Positions 21,716 through 32,265 of a stretch of DNA of 64,000 nucleotides are shown piece by piece. Every line of letters starts with the position of its first letter. Within the stretch, counting starts at the first letter, position 1. Below the pieces are notes generated by a model. The model saw only the letters and a list, made by a program, of their open reading frames with translations. It searched no databases and was not told the origin of the DNA. Position numbers and translations under genes: made by a program. Location: contig CAZVBM010000002.1 of NCBI GenBank assembly GCA_964625885.1, forward strand, positions 7,537 through 71,536. The letters run 5' to 3'. Source of the DNA: an uncultured Candidatus Saccharibacteria bacterium (lineage in GTDB: Bacteria; Patescibacteriota; Saccharimonadia; Saccharimonadales; Saccharimonadaceae).

Positions 21716-22477
21716 TTATATCAGCTGAGCAATTTTCACAAAATCAGCCAAAGATAGCTCCTGGGCGCGCTTATCTGGATCAATTCCGGCCCGCTCCAAC
21801 AACGCCACGGCGTCATCTTTACTAATCGCCAGACCGCCTGCCAAAGACGAGCGTAGCTTCTTGCGCCTAGCGCCAAACCCCGCCTTGACTACGCGCATAA
21901 AAGTCCTTTCATCAGGGGCTAGTGGCTGAGAGCGTAGATCTAGTCTTACCACTTGTGAATCCACCTTTGGCGGGGGTGTAAATAGCTCAGCCGGGACAAT
22001 TTGACCAAGTTCTGTTTCGGCCCAATTCTCTACTGCCAAGCCCAGGACACTAGAGCCGTCAATCTGAGCTATTCGCTCTGCCACCTCTTTTTGAACTAAA
22101 ACTGTAATTGAGCTTGGACGATTCGGAGCCGTAAGCAAAAAGCGAATAATTTTTGAGGTGATGTAATATGGTAAATTTGCCACCACTTTATAGTTTTGAG
22201 GCAGATTGGTTAGGTCAAGTTGCAATATATCTGCCTGAATAACTTCTAGACTCTTACCAGGAAACTGCGCTGGTAGGTTGGCTGCCAAATGTTCGTCTAG
22301 CTCCACCGCAATAACTCTTTTAGCTCGCCGCAGCAGAGCGCTAGTTAGCGTCCCCAGCCCCGGTCCAATTTCTAAAACCGTATCACTCTCGTCTACACCG
22401 GCAAAATTAACAATTGAATCTAGCACCGATCGATCCTTTAGCCAGTGCTGCCCGAGCGATTTGTTTGGCGCTGTCAT
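21716..22477 (-). CDS. rsmA: 16S rRNA (adenine1518/1519-N6)-dimethyltransferase RsmA/KsgA
   Basis: LGQHWL N-terminus, SAM motif LEIGPGLGTLT, NLPYYIT motif. Confidence 0.93.
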   Translation of the reverse strand: MTAPNKSLGQHWLKDRSVLDSIVNFAGVDESDTVLEIGPGLGTLTSALLRRAKRVIAVELDEHLAANLPAQFPGKSLEVIQADILQLDLTNLPQNYKVVANLPYYITSKIIRFLLTAPNRPSSITVLVQKEVAERIAQIDGSSVLGLAVENWAETELGQIVPAELFTPPPKVDSQVVRLDLRSQPLAPDERTFMRVVKAGFGARRKKLRSSLAGGLAISKDDAVALLERAGIDPDKRAQELSLADFVKIAQLI

Positions 22478-22479
22478 AC

Positions 22480-23724
22480 TTAAATACCGTCTGGCTTGGT
22501 CCAGTCCGTTGCAATGTCAAAACCGTGTGGATGTCGAGCCGTAAAAGCACCGGTGTCGTACACCTTGCCTAAGCCAAGGCTAGTCTCCACTACTGAACAA
22601 CGCGGATAGTTATCTAAATGAGCCGCCACAATAATATAGCCATCGCGATCAACCTTGACGCCGTCACCTCGAACAGTATAGTAACCACCCTGGTTGCAAT
22701 TACGCATAACAATACTCATCGGCAAATCATAATAGGTCTCACGATGCACCACACCGCTGCTATCAACAAACTGATAAACACCTTTTGATTTAGTAAGCCC
22801 ACCAGAAGGCTTGGCCCCTACAACCTCAACCTGCTCAACTGGCTCGGTGATTATAACACTACTTAATTCGCGTCGCGCCACCTCCTCACCATTTTTTATT
22901 TCCACTTCGTAGGTCACTAGGCGCCGGCCAGAAACCCCAGCTTGCTCAATATGACGATAGTTCTGCGCACGATTAAAGTCATAGACTTTGCGTACCGAAA
23001 AGCTAACCTCTTCTTCCTGAGCAACTTCTTGTTTTCCCTCTCGCCAAAGCTCCAAAGTCATACCATCAACAACTGGCGCATCTAGTGCTAGGCTTAAACG
23101 ATCATCAGCCCCCAGCTTGATCCTCTTAACAGACAGCAGTTCGGCCACATTTTTACCCTGAGTGCGAACCTCTATCGCCTTGCCATAATAAAGAAAGTTG
23201 ACTAGCTTAGCTCGAGTAACCACATAGCTCAAGCCAGTCTCTCCGCCAGTCGCCATAAAATCAAATTTAGGTGTCACTATATCCTCTGGATAAAGCGTTA
23301 CCCCAGCTACGCGCGCGATCAAATCAGGTGTTTCGTATGGTGTCACCACCCTCAGGCGAGTCGTCCCGTCAACTAGCAACACTGAGTGAGCACGAAATAT
23401 ATTGATATTAAATTTATCGGAAATTAGTTCGGTGTCCAAGCTTGGCTCAACCACATCTCCCGGAGAAACTTTAATTTTTGCTTGCTCTAAAACCACCGCC
23501 ACGGTAGTCTGATTTGTCAGGACAACCTGTTTTTGGTCGCGATCGAAAATCGTCACTAAGCGCTGTTTAGCGCCATCATTATTCTCACTAGTCGCAAACG
23601 CCCTTGGTAGTAAAACAAATGCCCCAATTGACAAAAACGCGACCGTTGCCGCTAAAATAATTGACGTCTTAACAGATAGTCTAACCTGCCTAATTCTTCT
23701 AAGCATTTGGTTATATTGTACCAC
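22480..23724 (-). CDS. Membrane-anchored DUF348/G5/3D-domain protein (YabE/Rpf-associated type)
   Basis: N-terminal TM segment, repeated DUF348-like segments, a G5-like region (VTYEVEIKNGEEV) and a C-terminal 3D-like domain (GKVYDTGAF...FDIATDW). Confidence 0.7.
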   Translation of the reverse strand: MVQYNQMLRRIRQVRLSVKTSIILAATVAFLSIGAFVLLPRAFATSENNDGAKQRLVTIFDRDQKQVVLTNQTTVAVVLEQAKIKVSPGDVVEPSLDTELISDKFNINIFRAHSVLLVDGTTRLRVVTPYETPDLIARVAGVTLYPEDIVTPKFDFMATGGETGLSYVVTRAKLVNFLYYGKAIEVRTQGKNVAELLSVKRIKLGADDRLSLALDAPVVDGMTLELWREGKQEVAQEEEVSFSVRKVYDFNRAQNYRHIEQAGVSGRRLVTYEVEIKNGEEVARRELSSVIITEPVEQVEVVGAKPSGGLTKSKGVYQFVDSSGVVHRETYYDLPMSIVMRNCNQGGYYTVRGDGVKVDRDGYIIVAAHLDNYPRCSVVETSLGLGKVYDTGAFTARHPHGFDIATDWTKPDGI

Positions 23725-23725
23725 A

Positions 23726-25816
23726 CTATCTCTTGCTTAAATTAGCGTATTGGGTGTTGAGCTTACGAGTTTTACCATCGTTAAAACGCACTGACACTGC
23801 TAGACCATCAACGTCAATCACTTCGCCCCGACCAAACTGTGGCGATTCCACAAAATCTCCCACCTCAAAAGCGTTAATAAAGTCGATTTCTTCATAAAAC
23901 GGCTCTAATCCATAGCGCGATGATGATATGTCGGGGCGAATGCAGTCCAAAAATTGCGAAGGTAATAGATATTGACGCTGTCCAAACACAAACCGCGAGC
24001 CAGCGTAGGTTAAATAGAGCTCCTCTTTGGCGCGCGTCATTGCCACGTAACAAAGGCGCCTCTCCTCTTCTAATTCACCCGGTTCATCATAAACTCGCGA
24101 ATGCGGAAAAGTCCCCTCCTCCATGCCGACGATAATCACCACTGGAAATTCCAGCCCTTTTGAAGCATGCATTGTCATTAGACTAACTTGATTGTCGTCA
24201 GCCACCTGATCAGTACTTGACATCAGAGCTGCATCTTCTAGAAAAGACTCGATATCGCTATAAAGCGCGGCCTCGCTAACTAAAACACCTAAGTTAGCCA
24301 ACCGGTCCTCACCCTCAATCGAACCGTCGCTCAAATAATCTTTATACCCCGATAGAACTATGGCCTTATCGATAATTTCACCTGGCGCCAAACCAACCTT
24401 AAATAATTGATCAATTTGGCTGATTATCTTAGCAAACTTTTCCAACTTGGTTCGAGCTACCGTCTTTAGCGGACTTTCCTCGAGATGATACAGCGCCTCA
24501 ACCAAGTTATAATTAGTGCTTTGTTGCCAGTTAATAAAGTTTTCAACCGTCACACTACCGATGCCACGCGCCGGTGTATTAATCGCCCGCGCTAAGCTCG
24601 CCACATCAGACGGCTGATAAACCAGCTTTATATAAGCCAAAATATCCTTAATTTCTTTGCGATCAAAAAAGCGCACACCACCAATCACCTTGTGTGGGAT
24701 CTGGTAGCGCATGAAGGCCTGCTCAACCTGGTAAGATTGAGCATTAGCGCGGTAAAGCACCGCGATGTCTGCCAAGTTATGTCCATCCAACACCGCCGAT
24801 TTAACGATTTCCGCCACGCGATTAGCTTCATCAACCTCATCACGCGTTTCAATTATGTCAATTGGCTTGCCGTCACCCGCCTCAGTCCAGATTTTCTTAT
24901 CAGTTCGCTGCTGATTTTGCTCAATCAATCGCTGAGCCGCTTGCAAGATATTATTAGTCGAACGATAATTTTGCTCTAACTTAACTTCTTTTGCCTCGGG
25001 CCAATCGCGTTTAAAATTCAAGATATTAGTAAAATCTGCTCCGCGCCACGAGTAAATTGACTGCCAATCATCACCAACCACGCAGATATTTTGTTGATCG
25101 CTAACCAACATTTTAACGATTTGATACTGGGCGTGGTTAGTATCTTGGTATTCATCAACCAGGATATGCAAGAAACGCTCTTGCCATAAAGCCCGAGTTT
25201 TTGGTTTGGTACGCAACAGGCGCACCACTTCCAGCAACAAATCATCAAAATCCAAAGCATTAGCCGACCGGCGAAGCGATTCATAGCGCTCATAGACCGC
25301 GGCCAACATCTTTTGTTTCTGGCCACGCGCCTGATCAAGCGCCTCAGCCAGATCAACCATTTTATTTTTATTCGATGAGATCACCGCTACCGCTAATTGC
25401 GGTTTTAGCTCTCGGTCGGAAATATTCAGATCTTTTAATGCTCGTTTCACCAAACCTAGCCGATCTGATTCGTCGTAAATAACGAACTTCTCGTCAATTT
25501 GGATTTCGACGCCACTTTCTCGCAAGATTTTGACACAAATACCGTGAAATGTGCCCATAAAAGGCATAAAATACCAGCTGTCTTCGCGCCCCAACAGATG
25601 AGCAAGACGCGAACGCATCTCTTTAGCCGCCTTATTTGTAAAGGTCACCGCCAAAATCTCATCTGGCTTCACGCCACAATTAGCAATCAAGTGCGCGATT
25701 CGATGTGTCAAAGTTTTGGTTTTACCGCTGCCGGGGCCAGCCAAAATCAAAAGCGGACCATCGGTTATCTTGACCGCCTCGCTTTGAGCGGCATTTAAGC
25801 CCCTAAAAACATCCAT
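23726..25816 (-). CDS. pcrA: ATP-dependent DNA helicase PcrA/UvrD (SF1)
   Basis: Motifs AGPGSGKT, DEYQDTN, VGDDWQSIYSWRGA, NYRS, MTMHASKGLEF and YVAMTRAK. Confidence 0.95.
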   Translation of the reverse strand: MDVFRGLNAAQSEAVKITDGPLLILAGPGSGKTKTLTHRIAHLIANCGVKPDEILAVTFTNKAAKEMRSRLAHLLGREDSWYFMPFMGTFHGICVKILRESGVEIQIDEKFVIYDESDRLGLVKRALKDLNISDRELKPQLAVAVISSNKNKMVDLAEALDQARGQKQKMLAAVYERYESLRRSANALDFDDLLLEVVRLLRTKPKTRALWQERFLHILVDEYQDTNHAQYQIVKMLVSDQQNICVVGDDWQSIYSWRGADFTNILNFKRDWPEAKEVKLEQNYRSTNNILQAAQRLIEQNQQRTDKKIWTEAGDGKPIDIIETRDEVDEANRVAEIVKSAVLDGHNLADIAVLYRANAQSYQVEQAFMRYQIPHKVIGGVRFFDRKEIKDILAYIKLVYQPSDVASLARAINTPARGIGSVTVENFINWQQSTNYNLVEALYHLEESPLKTVARTKLEKFAKIISQIDQLFKVGLAPGEIIDKAIVLSGYKDYLSDGSIEGEDRLANLGVLVSEAALYSDIESFLEDAALMSSTDQVADDNQVSLMTMHASKGLEFPVVIIVGMEEGTFPHSRVYDEPGELEEERRLCYVAMTRAKEELYLTYAGSRFVFGQRQYLLPSQFLDCIRPDISSSRYGLEPFYEEIDFINAFEVGDFVESPQFGRGEVIDVDGLAVSVRFNDGKTRKLNTQYANLSKR

Positions 25817-25825
25817 GGAGCTATT

Positions 25826-27223
25826 TTAGCGTAAAAGCGCTTCGACGTCACCCCAGAAGAAGTAGACCAAACCAGCGACAATTAGAATTATCAGAATAAG
25901 TAATATCGTCCAACCAATTGAGCTTTTCTTATCCTCCTCGGCTACTGGACGTAGTTCCGCCCGATAAAGCGCGGTTTGTTCACCAGCGTCGTAAGTTGAA
26001 ATTCGATCTGGCACATGCATTGTAACCGAAGGAGACTGAATTAATGGCTCAGGTTGTCCAAGCGGACGCTTTTTAACCTTAGTCTCTGGTATAAATGGGC
26101 TCGACTTGGGTTGCTTCGGCTCAGCTGGAGTTAGTTGTACGTCGTCATCGTCATTAGACTCGATCAACTCCTTGGGTTGAAGCGGCGCAGCCTTCAAGGC
26201 CCTTCTGGCAACCGAAAGCTTAGCATCAATATCAGACTTCCGATCTAACCCCGGCTCAGTCTTTAGCTCGGCCCTTGGCTCCGATTTAGGCTCGGGCCGA
26301 GTGACCATCTCCACCGCTTGTTCTTTGATGGTAACTACTTCGCCATCAGGCTTGATTACAGTGGTCCTCCCCGTTTGGACGCTGCCTTTAACGGTCTTGG
26401 CTGGCTGGCCATCTTTTGCGGGAAGTTTCATTTCAAAACCAACCGAGCGCTTGGTGACAGCTGGCTTAGGCGCAACATCGGTAATCTTATCGGCTTTTTG
26501 ACGAATTTGAGCGTTAATCCTGGCCGCCCTGGCTCGACGTTCATCAGGAGACAGGCGCTTTGGGGCCACGATTGGTGTAGTAGTAGAAGTCATAAAATCA
26601 ATATATTTACCGCGGCGATGTGGGATATGAGTCTTTTGGGGAATCGAAGCGGTCGCAACGGAGGGGATAACTTTTGGTTCAGGAAGTAGCTCAGGCTCAG
26701 ACTTGGAATCAGCCAACCTAGGCACCTCTTTGACTGGAGCTAGCTCAACTTTTGACTCGGCCGCCTTTAACTTAGGCAGGGGGTCAACCTTAGCCTCAAA
26801 GGACTCCTCCTTGGCTGGCCCAATTGACACAGTCTTACCTAACAGGTCTTTTGGTATTGGTACTTTTATTGGTCGAGGCGAAGCGCTTGATGATTCTGAA
26901 GGAGACTTGGCGGCCTCAAAGCCAACTGGCACTCGCTGCTTAACCTCAACGGTGGCGTCACTCGTATCAGGAACAAATTTGTCCTTAACCTCCTGATCAA
27001 TATCGCTGACCTCTACGTCAGTAATAGCCCCAGTCTTTGCCAGATTGACAATATCGTTATCTTCTTCTAATTTAGCCACCAAATCAGCAGCAATCTCATC
27101 TAGGTTGCCACCGCCAACATCTTCGGACAACTCATTAATCACGTCCTCTTCTGCAGCCTGCTTTTCCATCAAGGCGCCGATTGCGCGGTCTAGTTCTTCA
27201 AAGTCAATGTCTTTATCTGCCAC
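25826..27223 (-). CDS. Hypothetical low-complexity (K/E/P-rich) protein with a C-terminal TM anchor
   Basis: 465 aa ORF. Acidic N-terminus, long P/K/E-rich region and a C-terminal TM helix (IGWTILLILIILIVAGLVYFFW). Confidence 0.65.
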   Translation of the reverse strand: MADKDIDFEELDRAIGALMEKQAAEEDVINELSEDVGGGNLDEIAADLVAKLEEDNDIVNLAKTGAITDVEVSDIDQEVKDKFVPDTSDATVEVKQRVPVGFEAAKSPSESSSASPRPIKVPIPKDLLGKTVSIGPAKEESFEAKVDPLPKLKAAESKVELAPVKEVPRLADSKSEPELLPEPKVIPSVATASIPQKTHIPHRRGKYIDFMTSTTTPIVAPKRLSPDERRARAARINAQIRQKADKITDVAPKPAVTKRSVGFEMKLPAKDGQPAKTVKGSVQTGRTTVIKPDGEVVTIKEQAVEMVTRPEPKSEPRAELKTEPGLDRKSDIDAKLSVARRALKAAPLQPKELIESNDDDDVQLTPAEPKQPKSSPFIPETKVKKRPLGQPEPLIQSPSVTMHVPDRISTYDAGEQTALYRAELRPVAEEDKKSSIGWTILLILIILIVAGLVYFFWGDVEALLR

Positions 27224-27232
27224 TAGCGCCTC

Positions 27233-28012
27233 CTATTGACTTTCCTTGAATGTTTCATAAGCTTTTTCGACAACTGCCGCAAAATCCGCTGGATTAATAC
27301 TGAGAGCACCAACCACTAGGCCGTCAATGCCCGGAACGCGTAAGTAGTCATCAGCACTGTTAACCGTGACACTGCCTCCGTAAAGAACGCGTACCGCCTC
27401 GGCTGCCTTGGCGCCATAAAGCTCCTTGATCTGATAACGAATAATCTTAACCGCCTCAGCAATATCATCTGGCATAGCAGACTCGCCCGTGCCAGTAGCC
27501 CAAACTGGCTCGTAAGCCACTACTACATCGGCAATTTCTTCACTAGTGACATTAGCCAGACCGCCAATTAATTGATCATTAATCGCATCACGGGTTTCGC
27601 CATTGGTTTTTTCGCTGATAGTCTCGCCAACGCACAAAATCGGCTTAACTCCTGAGCGAATTGCTGCTTGAACCTTAGCACGAACATCGCGATCGCTCTC
27701 ATTGAATAAATAGCGTCGATCAGAGTGACCGACCAAAGCATAGTCAACAATTCCCCGTAGTTGCGCAATCGACACCTCGCCAGTAAACGAGCCCATATCA
27801 CGCCAGTAGAAATTCTGAGCCGCCAGCTTAAACTGACGTCGATTGATCTGTAACGACAAAGATTGCAAGGCAAACATCGATGGCGCTAAAACAATATCCA
27901 TGCCTTGGCGAATTTTTACCTCTTTGGATAATTTCTCGAGCAATAAACTGGATTCTTGCATGTTAAAATTCATCTTCCAGTTACCCACGATTAGCGGTCG
28001 ATTTTTTGTCAT
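27233..28012 (-). CDS. tpiA: Triose-phosphate isomerase
   Basis: VGNWKMN, VGHSDRR and AYEPVWATGTG motifs. Confidence 0.95.
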   Translation of the reverse strand: MTKNRPLIVGNWKMNFNMQESSLLLEKLSKEVKIRQGMDIVLAPSMFALQSLSLQINRRQFKLAAQNFYWRDMGSFTGEVSIAQLRGIVDYALVGHSDRRYLFNESDRDVRAKVQAAIRSGVKPILCVGETISEKTNGETRDAINDQLIGGLANVTSEEIADVVVAYEPVWATGTGESAMPDDIAEAVKIIRYQIKELYGAKAAEAVRVLYGGSVTVNSADDYLRVPGIDGLVVGALSINPADFAAVVEKAYETFKESQ

Positions 28013-28052
28013 GTAAAGTCCTTGTGCTTATTTACTTTGATTGTAACGCACT

Positions 28053-29228
28053 TTAAGCGTCAAGTAAACAATCTACCCCAACCAGTCGGCCAGAACCAAT
28101 CAGCTCGAGCATCGCTCCACCGCCCGTTGATAAAATCAATCCATCGTAATTCAAATTCGGCTGTTCACGCTTTACAAAAGCTAAGGTGTCACCACCTCCG
28201 ATTAGAGCTGGCTTTTCTGACGCCGATAGTGAACGCACGATTACTTCTGAGCCAGCCTCAAAAGTTGGATTCTCAGTATAGCCCAGAGGACCATTCCAAA
28301 TGATTGAGCCAGCGTTGGCGACTAATTGACCTAAAACCATAGCCGAAGCGTCACCAATGTCAAGGATTTTATCTTGGCCTAACACTGCTTCAACTCGCTT
28401 ATTCTCCGATGCGCCGGCTAATTCATCTGACGCCACCTTGACATCAGTCGGCAGAAATAGCGCCTTGCGCTCAGACGCCACCAACTGATTAATCTCTTTA
28501 ATTACCGTCTCTTGATCATACTCTACTAGGCTTGATCCGACCGGCTTGCCACTGGCTCGTAAAAAGGTATTTCCCAAAGCCCCACCAACAAACACCTGGT
28601 CGGCCAGCTCCACCATACGCTTAACAAAACCGATTTTATCACTAATTTTAGCGCCACCCAGGATAGTCACTAACGGACGCGGTGCATTCTCAATAAATTG
28701 ATCAATCGATTTATATTCTTTGATTAGGCCAGCGCTCGCATAACTTGGAAGTAGACGGGTAACTGCCTCTGTCGTCGCCGTAGTGCGATGGCAAACTGAA
28801 AAACCGTCCTGAACGAACAAATCTGCACCAGTAGCGGTAATAAGATTTTGAGCAAAACCTGAGTCGTTTTTCTCTTCACCCGGCCAAAACCGTAAATTTT
28901 CACACAAAACGACTTGGTCCCGGCAAGAAAATGCCTCCGTGGGCTCATCAAAGCCCACCGGAAGGCCGAGAAGACCCTCCAGGCGCTCTCGTACCGGTTT
29001 GAGCGAAAAGGCCTCCTCGCGGCCCTCAGGACGCCCCAGGTGGCTTAGTATTACAATTTGCTTCGCTTCACGGCCGATTAGGTCACGAATCGTCGGTAAA
29101 CTAGCCACAATTCGACTGTCATCAGCAATAACACCACTTGAAATCGGCACATTAAAGTCCACTCTCAATAAAACCACCTTACCGGCAACATCTATGTTGT
29201 CGATGCTGGCTTTTTGATATTTGATCAT
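28053..29228 (-). CDS. pgk: Phosphoglycerate kinase
   Basis: RVDFNVP N-terminal motif and a C-terminal GGGDT-type motif (IGGGDTLAF). 391 aa. Confidence 0.95.
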   Translation of the reverse strand: MIKYQKASIDNIDVAGKVVLLRVDFNVPISSGVIADDSRIVASLPTIRDLIGREAKQIVILSHLGRPEGREEAFSLKPVRERLEGLLGLPVGFDEPTEAFSCRDQVVLCENLRFWPGEEKNDSGFAQNLITATGADLFVQDGFSVCHRTTATTEAVTRLLPSYASAGLIKEYKSIDQFIENAPRPLVTILGGAKISDKIGFVKRMVELADQVFVGGALGNTFLRASGKPVGSSLVEYDQETVIKEINQLVASERKALFLPTDVKVASDELAGASENKRVEAVLGQDKILDIGDASAMVLGQLVANAGSIIWNGPLGYTENPTFEAGSEVIVRSLSASEKPALIGGGDTLAFVKREQPNLNYDGLILSTGGGAMLELIGSGRLVGVDCLLDA

Positions 29229-29259
29229 TTGTCCCCCTTTTTAAGATTTATAGTTCAAA

Positions 29260-30690
29260 TTAACGAATCTCGCACACACTAATCGTGTCAGTGCCACCGG
29301 CTCTACCCATCTGAGAGCCAGAAGTAACGACGACTTTAACACCTTCTACGTCGCCAAAGCGTCCAGCGTCTTTTAGCTCTTTGACTAGCTTTAAGCACAT
29401 ATCAGGCTCTTCTGGTCGAACATAGCTCTGATTAGCAAAAGACAGGGCGAGCTGCTGAGCCACCCGCTTATTGTTAGTCACGCTCAAAATTACTCGATTT
29501 GGCCTCTGGGCCGACACTCGCGTTGCTGTTAAGCCGCTACGAGTCTCGACAGCGATAGCTGGCACATCTAGTACCTCCGCAATCTTCATTACCGAAGCAC
29601 TTAAAACGTCAATTTGCTGAGTGGCTTCTTCTATTTCTAGTTCTGGGCAGCGAACAGTTGAATGAGCTTGGCTATAAAGAATTACCTTTTTCATCGCCTC
29701 AACCGCCTCAATTGGATACTTACCATTAGCTGACTCGTCTGATAGCATGACCGCATCAGCGCCCTGCATAACAGCGTGAGCAACATCGGACACCTCAGAG
29801 CGAGTTGGCTCAGGGTTGTCAACCATACTAATCATCATCTGAGTGGCAATAATCACTAATTTACCGTGCTTGCGACAAAGATCAACTAACTGCTGCTGCA
29901 CCACCGGCACTACCTCGGCGCCAACTTCAACTGCTAAGTCGCCACGCGCCACCATAATGCCATCGCTAGCTTTGACGATTTCTTCAAGTGTTTCTGGTTC
30001 AATCGCGTGCTTAGTCTCAATTTTAGCAATCACCTGAGCGTCAGAATTATGCGACAACAAAATCTGGCGCAAATTATGAATATCATCGGCTGACTGCACA
30101 AATGACAGAGCTACATAATCAATATCTTGAGTTGCGCCAAATTCTAGGTCGTTTAAGTCCTTTTCAGTTAATATATCACCACCCATGTCAGTATCTGGCA
30201 GGTTTAGACCTTTTTTCTGACGAATAATACCATCATTGAGAATCTTGATGCGCACCGCCTTATCGCTGACGATTTCCACCACCTCTGACTTAACCTTGCC
30301 GTCAAAGATGTAAACCGGCTCACCAACCTCAACTTTTTCAGCCAAATTGTACTGCACTGGAATGATAGTCTTGCCATCAAACTCGCCCTCATATTCCAAA
30401 ACCAACTCATCTCCAGTTTTAACCGGAAACGGCTGATCGTCGTTAAATTCGCCAAGGCGAATCTTTGGTCCTTGTAAATCTTGTAAAATCGCCACCGGTT
30501 TACCAATCTCTTCCGAAGCCTGACGAATCCAGGCAATCTGCTCACGACGTTCATCATAATCACCGTGGCTAAAGTTTAAGCGGCAACCATTGGCGCCAAT
30601 TTCTAGCAACTGCTTTATTTTTTCGAAACTATTAGTCGCGGGACCAATCGTTGCTAAGATCTTGGTCCGCTTAAATACTGGTAAAATCAT
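29260..30690 (-). CDS. pyk: Pyruvate kinase
   Basis: TKILATIGPAT, IAKIETKHA and MVARGDLAVE motifs. 476 aa. Confidence 0.95.
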   Translation of the reverse strand: MILPVFKRTKILATIGPATNSFEKIKQLLEIGANGCRLNFSHGDYDERREQIAWIRQASEEIGKPVAILQDLQGPKIRLGEFNDDQPFPVKTGDELVLEYEGEFDGKTIIPVQYNLAEKVEVGEPVYIFDGKVKSEVVEIVSDKAVRIKILNDGIIRQKKGLNLPDTDMGGDILTEKDLNDLEFGATQDIDYVALSFVQSADDIHNLRQILLSHNSDAQVIAKIETKHAIEPETLEEIVKASDGIMVARGDLAVEVGAEVVPVVQQQLVDLCRKHGKLVIIATQMMISMVDNPEPTRSEVSDVAHAVMQGADAVMLSDESANGKYPIEAVEAMKKVILYSQAHSTVRCPELEIEEATQQIDVLSASVMKIAEVLDVPAIAVETRSGLTATRVSAQRPNRVILSVTNNKRVAQQLALSFANQSYVRPEEPDMCLKLVKELKDAGRFGDVEGVKVVVTSGSQMGRAGGTDTISVCEIR

Positions 30691-30794
30691 TTGTCTTATT
30701 ATAACAGATAACGGAACCTCAGGCTACTGCTTTAATTTTTGACATATTCTTGTTAGACTCGATTTAGTCAAACATAACTATTTTAAGGAGTTTT

Positions 30795-31619
30795 ATGCAA
30801 CCAGAAGTCAAAAATAAGAAATGGCCCATGATCATTTTGTGTGCCCTGTGTCTGGTGTTTGCCGGAGCTGGGACTTATTTCTTTATTGAGAACAACAAGT
30901 GTAGTGGCAAATTCAGCCAGCTAGATAATATCTCAACCGGCTGTATTGATGAGCTGCGTGAATCTGGCATCACCGGACTAACGATCAGCGGCACCAAAAC
31001 ACCAGTGAATAAAAATGTGCCGGCACTAGATGTCGAATTCTGCGCCGAAGATTCCCAGCTTTGCATGAAGCGCCCCGGCAACTGGATGGTCTCGGCCGGT
31101 CAATTTGAATACGTCGATGGTCAAAACAAATGGAACCAAGACATTGCCTTTTACAACCAATTTGGCACCAAAATCATGACCGTTCACAATAAAGTTTCTG
31201 GTATTGGATTTGGCCCCTGCGAAGGCAACCCAGATGACATCAAGCTAACCGTATTAGAGACCCACAAGCTCGGCTTCAAGAACAGCAATAATGAAGACTT
31301 CTATGTTTCTAAGGCCTACTATCAAGAGAAAAACGACAGCTTTTTCATCCCAATCGTAGTTATAACCGATATCAAAGCACTTCAATCTGTCAAAAAAGCC
31401 ACCAATCATAACTTCTGCGACATTGAAGCCTGGGGGCTATTTGCCACCGCGACCGCCAAAGATAACTCAACGGCCTTTTGGATAAAGCCTGAGCTTGGCA
31501 GCCCAGCCGAAGGCAAAGGCTTTTTCTTCCGCGAAGAGAGCGCTGTTAAAGATTGGCTAGAAAACAGCGACGGCGCTATTGTGTACGAGATGCTTAAAAC
31601 TGCTTATATCAAGAAATAG
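30795..31619 (+). CDS. Hypothetical membrane-anchored or secreted protein (274 aa)
   Basis: AAGGAG SD 7 nt before the ATG. N-terminal hydrophobic helix (WPMIILCALCLVFAGAGTYFFI). Followed by a clean terminator. Confidence 0.65.
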   Translation: MQPEVKNKKWPMIILCALCLVFAGAGTYFFIENNKCSGKFSQLDNISTGCIDELRESGITGLTISGTKTPVNKNVPALDVEFCAEDSQLCMKRPGNWMVSAGQFEYVDGQNKWNQDIAFYNQFGTKIMTVHNKVSGIGFGPCEGNPDDIKLTVLETHKLGFKNSNNEDFYVSKAYYQEKNDSFFIPIVVITDIKALQSVKKATNHNFCDIEAWGLFATATAKDNSTAFWIKPELGSPAEGKGFFFREESAVKDWLENSDGAIVYEMLKTAYIKK

Positions 31620-31644
31620 CTTGATTTAAGCGTTAAACGCCAAC

Positions 31645-31672
31645 AAAAACCCGCAAAAAGCGGGTTTTTGTT
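31645..31672 (+). terminator. Intrinsic terminator
   Basis: aaaaacccgc-aaaaa-gcgggttttt hairpin with a T-run. Confidence 0.75.
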
Positions 31673-31797
31673 TAGCGATACGAAGAAACATTAACTCATT
31701 TTGTCCACGGATGCTTCACCTGAATATTAGTTCAAATTCGTCGTTTTATATCCATGATTACATAATGAATAATTTACCAAGGTTATATAATGGTTCT

Positions 31798-32262
31798 ATG
31801 AACATCCACCAAGTTGAAAAATTCTTCAAAGATAAGAACGACGCGCCTTGCCCATTAACCAAGCGACTTATTAAGGCTGGTTATCAACAGACCAGTGGCG
31901 GATACATAGCCCTGGCAAAGAAGCGCGGTTTGATCGTAGATTACACAAAAGCCAAGCCTACACAATATTGGCACCTTATAGAGGGGTATTGCCCTTCCGT
32001 AGACAAGAATAAGACTTTTAGCAGAAGCATCGTTTGTGGCGAACTAATATTCTGGATGGCCGAGGTGTCGAAAGCCGTATCAAACGACGACTTAGAAGAA
32101 TTGCTTGAGCGAATAATTGCAAGTAGGGATACTGGCACCACTCCGCCAAAACATGATCGCATCAAATGGAATAAAGAGATTCAGAACCTTTGTTTTTGCG
32201 CAATAGAAGCGAAGGTAAAGAACACCGAGAATGTCGCTAACGCGACTTCCGTTCGCTCATGA
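31798..32262 (+). CDS. Hypothetical protein (154 aa from MNIHQ). Possibly leaderless.
   Basis: ORF 31711..32262 in the track. TATAAT at 31786-31791 lies 6 nt before the in-frame ATG at 31798 and there is no SD, so I prefer that start. No recognised family. Confidence 0.5.
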   Translation: MNIHQVEKFFKDKNDAPCPLTKRLIKAGYQQTSGGYIALAKKRGLIVDYTKAKPTQYWHLIEGYCPSVDKNKTFSRSIVCGELIFWMAEVSKAVSNDDLEELLERIIASRDTGTTPPKHDRIKWNKEIQNLCFCAIEAKVKNTENVANATSVRS

Positions 32263-32265
32263 AAA

